The notes beneath the pieces are model-generated. The model was not told the origin of the DNA. It did no database searches and was given only the letters and a program-made list of their open reading frames with translations. From Saprolegnia diclina VS20 (Eukaryota), in contig NW_008246085.1 of assembly GCF_000281045.1 (NCBI RefSeq), positions 485,292 to 505,291 on the forward strand: a stretch of DNA of 20,000 bases. The letters are read 5' to 3'. Both the position numbers and the translations under genes were made by a program. Positions 1 through 11,504 of the stretch are shown one piece after another. Within the stretch, counting starts at the first letter, position 1. The number at the start of each line of letters is the position of its first letter.

Positions 1-2
1 GC

Positions 3-482
3 ATCACGCCGTCCGCCAACACCGTACCGTCGACGAGCCTGCTTGCCAACGTCGCGGTCACGGGCGCCGGGTTTTCCAAAGGCAGCGTCAACTGCAGTGT
101 CGTGGCTTCCAAGGGCACGGACGCGGTTACCTTTACGACCTGCTCGTGCACGGCCATGTCGACGACCAACCTCACGCTCTCGTGCCCCAACAGTCTTGTC
201 AACTACAGCGGGTACACGCTCGGTCTGGTGCTGGGGAGTGGCGCGACGCCCGTGACGATTGGGTCCGTCTGTGATGCGGCGCAGTGTGCGAGTTCGATCA
301 TCACGGGCGCGCCTCAGGGAGACCAAACAGCGGGTCTCTCGGGCGGCTGGATCGCCGGTATTTGCATCGTTGTCGTCGCGATCCTCGGCTTCGTCCTCGA
401 GTGCACCCTCCATCGCAAGCGCTTCCTCCGCGACCAGCAGGCGAACCGGACGCAGTACGTCGAGACCCACAACGCCGCATGA
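3..482 (+). CDS. 3' part of a single-pass (type I) membrane protein with a Cys/Ser/Thr-rich beta-type ectodomain; 5' end lies outside the window
   Basis: Frame open from position 3 (ITPSANTVPSTSLLANVAVTGAGFSKGSVNC...) to TGA 480-482. Hydrophobic segment WIAGICIVVVAILGFVL is preceded by GLSGG and followed by basic HRKR (positive-inside rule). Codon usage is GC3-rich. Confidence 0.75.
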   Translation: MTPSANTVPSTSLLANVAVTGAGFSKGSVNCSVVASKGTDAVTFTTCSCTAMSTTNLTLSCPNSLVNYSGYTLGLVLGSGATPVTIGSVCDAAQCASSIITGAPQGDQTAGLSGGWIAGICIVVVAILGFVLECTLHRKRFLRDQQANRTQYVETHNAA

Positions 483-543
483 GACGCTAACTTGCTATAT
501 CTATATACACTGCCATTTTTCCGCTCCTTTTGACGAGTTGTGC

Positions 544-3112
544 TCATTTGCGACTCGACCGGAGCTTCTCGGCGCGGGCTTTGGCCAAGTCTTTCTTCAG
601 CGCATAGCGCTTGGCGGCCGAGAGCCCCGGGTCTTCGAGCTGCGCCTCGAGGGCTGCGATTGGTCCGTCGTACGGCGACGCCTCGGGCTCCCGCGGCGTC
701 GTCGTCCGCGTCACCGCTGCTGGGCTTGCAGCGGGCGGTGAAGTGCGTTGAAGGTGGTCGTGCACGGGCGACGGCGGTGGCGGATCGCCTTGCGCGTTGC
801 AGTCGCGCGTCGCAAGAATCTGTGCAATCTCTTCGGGCAGCAGCTTGTTTTTGAGGTAACTCATGATTTCGTCCGTGCCCTTGTTGACTGTCGCGATGCG
901 CACGGTGCGCTGGGGGTTGCCGCTAATGTACAGCGCCTTGAGCTTGGGGCAGAGTCCGAGCTCGGCCGGGATCTACACGTCCTTTGATTCTTCGAACCGA
1001 TCGATATTTCTACCGCTTGGAGGCTGTTGTTTTCAACCGACAAGGACGAGAGCGTCGGCGCTTCGAAGATTGTGCCCAGATCCGTCAGCTGCCGATACAT
1101 AACGTCATACATCGGAAATGCAATAGCCACGGTACCTTGTTGTCGGAGGCGCTGACGATCGAGAGCGCCTTCATGAGACGCCACGGCATGCCTGCGAGCG
1201 TCGAGAGACGGTTGAACGACAGCAGCAACGTGTTCAAGCTCGACAGTTGGTGTAAGTTGGCTGGAAGCATACTGAGCGCGTTATTGCGAACGTCCAGCTC
1301 CTACGTACTAACGTCAGAACCTGACTGAACCAGGACGATCCTGCCTTGAGCTTCATGCGCGCGTGGAAGGCACCAGCGAATGTGTGCTCGGTCAGCGAAT
1401 TCTTGCGCAAACGGAGGTACACCAGGTGGGGGAGCCCCAACACACTCGTTGGCAGCGCTTCGAGCCGGCAGTCCTCCGCGACGAGCGTCGTTATCTGCAA
1501 ACAGAGGCCAAGTTCGTCGGGAAGAGCGCAGAGGCCTGTCTTCGACAGTGTGAGCGATGTGAGACTCGACGTGAGTGGCTCAAAACTCCACACTTCTTGC
1601 GGCACAGCGCTCAATCTACGAGCTTAGTCATGAAATAAGAACGGATTTTCAGAAGTTGGCACCGCTGCGACGTCAAGTCGAGACTTCCAGACGCAGCCGC
1701 TTCCATAAAGACGTGGTTGTCGACACCTGACGCACTCGGTGCCTGCAGCGTGAACTCGTCCGTCTCTTCGTCCATCGCGTCGACACCGACGGGCGGCTTG
1801 CCGCGGGTGCGAAGGTATTTCTTGAGGGCTTCGCAGCCTGCCGATAAGACCGAGCGCCGAATGGCCCTACGCAGGCTCGTACATGCGTGGGTGAGCAGGA
1901 GAGCAGTCGTACCGCATCGAGTTGCCATCGACGAGGATGTGGTTGAGGCCTTTGAGATACCCCAGACCTACGTTGTGTGAGATCGATTCGACTAGTGACA
2001 TGAGTCGACCAGGAGGCAGGTCCGAGAGGTCGTTGTTGCTCAGATCCAGTGTTTTGAGGCGGTAGAGCTGCGCGAGACCATCGGGCACGGCCGTGAGCTT
2101 GTTATCGCGCAAATCGAGCACCGTCAAGTGGTGCTGAGCGCGCACGAGCGACGTTTCGTCAATCGATTCGAGCAGGTTGAACCCCAAGAAGAGCTGGTCC
2201 ACGCTGCATGCTTCGAGCGGCAGCTCTGGGAAGCGCACCAGACGGTTCTGGCGCAGGTCTAGAAATTTCAGACTGCGCGTCTGCTGGAGGCAGCCCTGGA
2301 GCGACGAGAGCTTGTTTTTGCTCAGATCCAAGTTGGCCAGTGCGCGGAGCTGGCTCATCGACTCCGGGACCGACTCGAGTTGGTTGCCTGGCGCCGTGAG
2401 CACAGTCAGTTTTTGGAGTCCGCCTGCGGAAATACTGAGCGCTGCATGCACAGTAGCGCCGTACCGAGTGTGGTCGGGAGAGCTCGCAAGAGATTGTCAT
2501 CCACCCGCAGCACCTCGAGGGCCTGGAGCTGTTCGATCGAGTCGGGCAGCGTCGTGAGCTTGTTGCCCGACAGAATGATTTCCTTGAGCTGCGTGAGCTG
2601 TCCGAGCTTCTCGGTGAAGCCGCCGCTGAGCGCGTTGCTACATCAAATATGCCACGTGAATTGCATGGAGAAACGACTTGCGCCAACGAACTTGCTCACG
2701 TCCAAGAACGCCAGTGTCGAGAGCGAAAAAAGCTCGGGCGGGAGCGACGTGAGCTTGTTCTGGCACAGCTTGAGCCAGAGGAGGCCGGTCACGAGCGCAA
2801 TACTGTGGGGCACCGCAGTAATCTCGTTGTGGCTCAAGTCGATCTTGACCAAGTCGACGCACTCCCAGACCTTCTCGTCCTACGCACGGTGAAGCGGCCG
2901 CACGTGGATCGACGAGCGCGCACCGGATCCATCGAGTCCTGCAGGTGGCAGGCTTCGTCGGGAAAGGTCGCAAGGCCTCGCGCTGGCAGCGAGAGGAAGC
3001 CCGACTTCCTAGCCTGGCGGAAGGCCTTCTTGCTGCCGCCTCCATCGACGAGCCCGTCGGCCCTCGCGTCCTGGGCCGCGCGGAACGCCCGCTTGGCTGC
3101 GACGGTGTGCAT
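544..3112 (-). CDS. LRRC40: Leucine-rich repeat protein, LRRC40-like (10 exons)
   Basis: ATG at 3112, stop at 544-546. Inferred introns: 2880-2923, 2638-2691, 2424-2464, 1968-2009, 1867-1912, 1616-1662, 1301-1344 (GC-AG), 1089-1135, 973-1013. Spliced product has the N-terminal ARKSGFLSL motif, many LxxLxLxxNxL repeats and two cap motifs (GNSMRAIRRSVLSAGCEALKKYLRTR; GNPQRTVRIATVNKGTDEIMSYLKNKL). This matches the two-block LRRC40 architecture as I recall it. Confidence 0.85.
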
Positions 3113-3135
3113 GGATCCAAAAATGCCACGTCTGG

Positions 3136-3147
3136 GATTGGCTGAAA
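3136..3147. promoter_or_regulatory. CCAAT-box-like element (GATTGGCTGAAA) in the LRRC40/XPF bidirectional gap
   Basis: ATTGG core near the middle of the 53-bp gap between the divergent ATGs. CCAAT boxes are known oomycete promoter motifs. Confidence 0.45.
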
Positions 3148-3165
3148 TCGGATCGAAATGGACCA

Positions 3166-6147
3166 ATGGCCTTGTTGGAGATTTGGCACGTGAAGGCCCA
3201 CGAGCAGCTGCGGACGATGGCGCCGTACTGGCTCGAGTTTGAGAAGGAGATGATGGAGAACCTCATGCTGGAGCGGGACATCATGGTGGTCATGGCGAAA
3301 GGCCTCGCCCAGCGCACGCTGCTCACCAACTTCTTGCGCCTCCACGGTGTGCCCACGAACCTTGTGCTGTGTCTGAACGCGACCGACACGGCCGAGCTCT
3401 ACGTCGAGGCGCTCACGATGCAAGGCGTCCCGCTCGACCAGCTACCAAAAGTAGGTTTTGCGTGACATCACCCTGGCGGGATCGGCATTGCGCTATGCGA
3501 CTAGATCATCACCAACAAGTGCACGGTGCAGGAGCGCAAGCAGCTCTACAAGGAAGGCGGGTGCTTCTTCATTACGTCTCGCATCCTCGTGGTCGACTTG
3601 CTCAACCAATCCATCGATGTCCCGGTAGACCATTGTTGATGTGTCCCGCCGAGTGCTCATCTTCTCCTAGATGATTTCGGGGCTGCTCGTCTGTGACGCG
3701 CACCGCGTCACGGACACGTCGGTCGAGGCCTTCATTCTGCGTCTCTATCGAGAGATGAATCGGACCGGGTTCGTCAAGGCCTTCTCGGAAGACGCGTACG
3801 CCTTTGCCTCGGGCTTCCACAAGGTCGAGCAGGTGATGAAGCTCCTGTACCTTCGCAAGCTCCTCCTCTACCCGCGCTTTCACATGGCCGTGCACTCGGT
3901 GCTGGACCAACACTCGCCCGAGGTCTACGAGATTGAAGTCAGCCTCACGCCACTCATGAAGGACATACAAGCTGCGCTGCTTGTCGCGCTCGAAGCGACG
4001 CTCAACGAGCTCAAGCGCGGTTGCAAGGACCTTGACGAAACCGAGCTCACAATGAAGAACGCACTAACAAAAGCCCTTGAATTTCAGCTCAAGAAGCAGG
4101 TGCGTTCGCATGCACCGCCTACACCTCCGATCTGGACGCTAGTTGAGCGCCATTTGGCACCGGCTGCCGCACAAAACCAAGCAGCTCACGAGCGACCTCA
4201 CGGTGCTGCGCCAGGTACAGAGAGTGTTATCCTTTGACGATCTCATCGAGGTTAGCTACTCGCGTACTTGACGCGCTACGACGCCATCACATTTTATAGC
4301 TTTCTCCTCGCGCAAAAGGCGCAAAGCGGGAACCAGCGCACGCCGTCACCGTGGCTCTTCACCGCCGCCGCGGACCGCCTCTTTATCGCAGCCAAGAAGC
4401 GGCTGTACACGATCAACACCAAGAAGGACGCTGTGATCGAGCTCACGCTCGAAGCCAACTCAAAATGGCAGTCGCTAAACGAGCTACTGACCGAGATCCG
4501 TGACGCACCAGCGACAAGTACCGTCACCGGCGGCGCTACGACCCTTATCCTTGTCCGGGACGAACGCACGTGCGCCCAGCTGCGCGAGTTTCTCTATTGC
4601 GGCGGCACCGACATGCTGCAGCGTCGGTTCCGGCAGTACCTCCAGCAAAAAGGCGGGAATTCCTTCTCGACCGAGCACCAGCTGCTTCTCCACGCATGCG
4701 GCATCGCGCCGGTGGCGCACAAGGCTAGCTCTAGCAAGCGCAAGGCCGTGACGGCCACGAACGAGCCGCTCCCGAGCGAAATGGCGTCGTACGGGCTCTC
4801 AATGGACGAGCTCGTCAAACTAAGGTGCCAACGTATTCACGCATCGGGCTCACGCAAGACGTAGCCAAGACGACGTGGTCAAGAAGGCCAAACCATCGGT
4901 GCCGCTGTCCGTGCTCGACCGGAAGGACCACCTCGTCATTTGCACGTACGCGCAGGCAAAGCGGTGTGCGACGCTCCTCCACGACGTGCAGCCCGAACAC
5001 GTGATTCTGTACGACCCGGACGTCGCGTTCATTCGCGAGCTGGAAGTGTACCACGCGCACTACGCCGACGACCCGCTCAGCGTCTACTTTATGGTCTACG
5101 AAGAGAGCGCCGAGCAGCAAGCGTACTTGACCGAAGTTCAACGCGAAAAGGTATTAGGTCGAGAGACTATGCAGCTCATATGAAGGTTGTAGGAGGCCTT
5201 TGAGAAACTCATTCGACAAAAAGAGCACATGGTGATCCCGCTCAACGTCTTTGACATCCCGGCGCACATCAAGGCCAAGCAGGCGCCGCAGTACAGCTTG
5301 GACACGCGGACAGGTGGCCGCGCGCGCGTCCAGCTCGTGTCGCACAGCGTCATTGTCGACGTCCGCGAGTTTCGGTCGGCGCTGCCGTCGATGCTGCACA
5401 AGGAAGGCATGGTCTTGCACCCCGTGACGCTCGAGGTGGGGGACTACATACTCTCGTCGCAAATGTGCGTCGAGCGCAAGTCCATCAGCGATCTTTTTGG
5501 CTCGCTCAACAATGGCCGCCTCTTCAACCAAGCCGAAATGATGATCCGCCACTACCAGGTCGACTGGTCGGAGAGACACGGCACCTCAACACACGCTGTA
5601 GACGCCGCTCTTGCTCATCGAGTTCAACCCCGAAAAACCCTTTGCGCTCCAGGTACCTCGAGCAAGCGCCTAGGTGCTGTACGCACCTTGTTATATAATA
5701 GGAAGCCGGCGAGATCACGAGCGATATCAAGCACAACAGCATCACGTCCAAGTTGAGTCTCCTTGTCCTCCACTTTCCTCAGGTAGGCAAGGCGTCGATT
5801 CTGCGGTAGTCATGGCCGGGTAGCTTCGTTTTCTCTGGTCCAAGTCACCCCACGCGACAGTCGAGCTCTTTCGACTCGTCAAGAAAGGCCAAGACGACCC
5901 GGACGTCGAGGCCGCGATGGCCGCTGGGTCGGCGACCTCGGGCGGCTCGTCGTTCTACAACATGAATGCGGTCGATGTCCTGCGCAAGCTCCCGGGGATC
6001 ACGGCGCACAACTACCGCAAGGTCGCCGCTCACTGTCGCACTCTCGCGGACCTGAGCAAGATGACGCTGGCCGACCTCGACCCACTCCTTGGGCCCTCGA
6101 ACGCCAAGAAGCTCCATCGCTTCTTCCACCACAACGTCAACGGGTAG
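3166..6147 (+). CDS. ERCC4: DNA repair endonuclease XPF (ERCC4/RAD1/MEI-9), 10 exons
   Basis: Inferred introns: 3451-3504, 3625-3670, 4100-4142, 4215-4255, 4825-4864, 5151-5192, 5559-5601, 5653-5701, 5783-5823. Helicase-like N-terminal motifs (GGCFFITSRILVVDLL, EAFILRLYR, LYPRFH, YDAITFY), nuclease motifs IVDVREFRS, GDYIL and ERKSISDL, then LHFPQLRFLWS and a C-terminal HhH2 (LRKLPGIT...LGPSNAKKLHRFF). Confidence 0.96.
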
Positions 6148-6477
6148 TACCTCGGGATACTCTAGCTACGGCACTGGTATTATTTGTGAATTTGCCCAGG
6201 ACTACAAAACAACAAGGTCGCAAATAATAGCAAGCTCCTTTATACGAGGAACGTGGTCTTCCTGTGGGATGCTCCTACAAGTATACGTGGCGATCGAAAC
6301 TACGCTCAAGCATTTTGGCGCCAACGCTGTGCTGTGCAATGTCGCGCCACGACTGCATGGATGTGAAGAAGGTGTTTTTCACGGTGGGAAACCGAATTTC
6401 AGTGAGTTTCGGTCCTGTCCTATTTTCAGGCAAAAGCCGAATTCCATTCGATTCCAGTCCTTGAATCTCGAAACTTG

Positions 6478-8164
6478 ATGAGCGCGATGTTTCGCGGCCA
6501 GCGCGAGATGTCGACGTGGCGGATCGCCGCCGGACGCATGCAGCGCAAATGGGTTGGCATGAAGCAGGTACGCTCCGTGGGCATGACGCAGCATGGCTCA
6601 GACTCGCATGTATGGCGCAGCGAACTACGTGGCGCTTCAAGCAGCGCAAGAGCGGCGTCGTCTTCCAAGTCGACGGCAAGGACGCGCCTGGCGAGATGCA
6701 TCTTCGCGTATGTATCTCTACGCTAGGCTGCGCGCGGGCTGATTGTAGCATGAGCAGGGCAAGAACGTACCGCTGGACGATCTCTCATTTTGCCACAACG
6801 TGCTCGCCAACGCGTCGCCCGAGACGCTCAATGGCATCCTCGGCGCCATCTCGCCCGAAGGCTCGGACCGCTTTTGCACGACCATGACGTGCTTCATGTT
6901 CCACAACTGCGCGCCGCGCGTCCGCTCCATGGTGCTCGACGTGCTCAGCAAGTCCCGGCTGCCCGACATCTCGTACGACGTCGCGTCTTGTTGATCACAC
7001 TATACTCGTGACTAGGCTACCAAACCGCGGCGTGATCATTCGATCTATCCAACAGCAACTGCTTTCACCGCTGGTGCGGCAGAAGTCCGAGTACCAGACC
7101 GCGGCCTTCAACATCCTCAAGGGCACGCATGGCGTCGACCTCACGCTTCTGAAGGAAGATATCAATGCCGAGAACTCGCTGAATGCACTTCAAGACGGCT
7201 TTCGCGGCGGCGACCTCTACCAACTCATCTACGGCGCCAAGGATATGACGCAGGTCGTCTCGGTTATGCAGCACATCGCCGTCGAGTCGCTCAAGGTGTC
7301 GATGGCGCATTCACACAAGCCGCTCATCAAGATCATGAGCGACATCGACGACACCCTCTTTGCAGGGTACGTCTCTTGTGCGCTTTGGCGTTGACGTTGG
7401 CGCGTAGGTGGGCAGACCAGCGGTACCCGGCGCACGTGTTGTACCCTGGCGTCTCGCATCTCTACCGCTCGATCGCGCACGGTGTCGACAAGGCGCCGTC
7501 AGTGACCTTCCTCACAGCCCGGCCGCGCGGCTTCTTTAGCCTCGGACGCACGCTCACGGCCGACCACCTCGTGAGCCTCGGCATGACCAACCCCACCGTC
7601 CTCAACGGGTCCGTGCAAGGCCTTGTGAGCAACGCCAAGATTGCTGGGTATCTCTTGCTTTCTTGCGTGAAATTCTCACATTTCTACCATCGACTAGCCT
7701 CAAGCTCCAGAACTTTGAGCGCTACGCGACGCTCTTTCCCGAGTACAAGTTTGTGTTTTTTGGGGACGCGGGCCAAGGCGATGCGCTCCTCGCATCGCGG
7801 CTGCTGCATCTGTACCCGGACAAGGTCCCCGCCGTCTTCATCCACGACATTGCGCCGCAGGAGGAGACGACGGGCGACGGCGGCGCCAAGGACACCTACC
7901 GCGCGTACGTACCAAGTTCGACGACCACGTATGCGATGTGGCTTGTAGGCAAGGCGTCGTGTTCTACGAAACCTATGCGGGCGCGGGTCTGGCTGCGTAT
8001 GAGAAAGGGCTTGTCTCGAGAGAAGCATTGCTCTCGCTTCTCGACGCGTGCACGACCGAGCTCGACCAAGTCCCGTTCCTCGGCGCCCACGGCCCAGACA
8101 AGCGCGCTCGCCGTTTGAGCGAACTCGACACCGACCGTCAAAAGATCCAGCAGCTCTCACGTTG

Positions 8165-8168
<4 letters not shown>
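6478..8168 (+). CDS. HAD-superfamily phosphatase with App1 (phosphatidate phosphatase, DUF2183)-like catalytic domain, 7 exons
   Basis: Inferred introns: 6568-6620, 6708-6748, 6973-7015, 7367-7407, 7648-7697, 7905-7948. Motif I IMSDIDDTL (DxDxT), YPGV, motif II FLTARP, conserved K in KLQNF, motif IV FVFFGDAGQGD, and VFIHD. The start codon and first exons are less certain. Confidence 0.8.
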
Positions 8169-10261
<2,093 letters not shown>

Positions 10262-11504
10262 GGCCGCAGTGGGATAAAAATACAAGATACACCGGTTCAA
10301 GATGCCCGATGCAAACCACGGCGAGCCGTATTTTAATCGGCTCGCACGGTGTTTTTAATGCAATCTAAACCAACGCCATACTGACATCCAGTGAATTGGC
10401 TGGTGTTTTCTACCTTTATTGTATTTCGACAAAACAGTTCATCGCCGGGACAAAACCGTCGAACATTAGCCGCGTGCATTTTATTGCAGTGGCCGCGAGG
10501 CTTGCATACAATATGCAAGGTATTTACTCACAACGTCGGTTTATTATTACGGTCGGAGAACGAACCAATCGGCGACAACGTCAACCCTACGGCGCAACCG
10601 TTCGGCTCGAAGCGGCTTGAAACCGATAGCAACGGTTTCAGCCACCAGACCACCGCGTCGATCGATACGCATATGATCGCACGTGCTCTTAGCTTGCTAC
10701 ACTTAAAGGTTTTTGCCGTTGCAGTCTGGACGATCGCTGAAATCCGCTGTCAATTTTGTGCGATTTTGATGTCTCTGATGCATGCTCCAAGTAATATGCA
10801 GCTTGAGTTGCCCTCGCTCTTGGGCTGTCACTTGTCGTGGTTGATGGATCGACTGCTTTAGCGCGCTAACGCAAGCCAACGCCAAGCGTCTTCTGTGCAA
10901 GGGTTACATGCAGACCAAGCTCACAGTGCTGCAGCCAATTCTCAACTTCAAACGGTTACGGAGCACACGGCACACGGCAGTCAGCGGGGAAGGGCCAATC
11001 GCAATACATATATCAACGTGTTCGGAATTATCTTCGTTATTACACGAAGCCTTCGCATATAGCGCTACGCCCCAATACGTGGTAGTTGGCACAATCGCAA
11101 TAGCGGACTCCATAACAACAAGGGAGTTTGGCGCGATCTAGACCACCTCACTAATTTGATAGTAGTGTATCACTTAACATGTCCAACGAAGTGTAGCCCG
11201 AATGTCAACATTTGACCCTGAAAGGAGGACGCTCGCAAACCTAACAGCTCGATTCATGCCAGCAGTCGACGATATAGACTGGTAGAAACTAGGAAGATCG
11301 GCGTCGCCTTTTCTACGAGCTGTCGGCGTCCTGCAAGAGCGTCGCTTTGCAAGCTTCCTGTATCCGTATACACCAAAATGCCAAAATATTGCTGAAGCAG
11401 ATGTGTATTTTTTGGACCCCCCCACGGGACGCTCGGTTCGGGGGTGCACCCAAATATTTTCTTGTCCCCACCGTCCGCCGCAGTTGACGCTCCACGGTCG
11501 ACGC

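Noticed and set aside
2638..3423. 261-aa minus-strand ORF spanning the LRRC40/XPF junction
   Set aside because: Arg/Pro-rich off-frame shadow of two real genes.
10391..11141. Short ORFs (65-156 aa) in the YAK1/SCYL1 gap
   Set aside because: They lack the GC3 bias of genuine genes here, often start at non-ATG codons and have no recognisable motifs.
11381..11460. Imperfect inverted repeats (AAAATATT...AATATTTT; ACCCCC...GGGGGT) as a MITE
   Set aside because: Short, low-complexity matches with no clear target-site duplication; compatible with ordinary promoter sequence.
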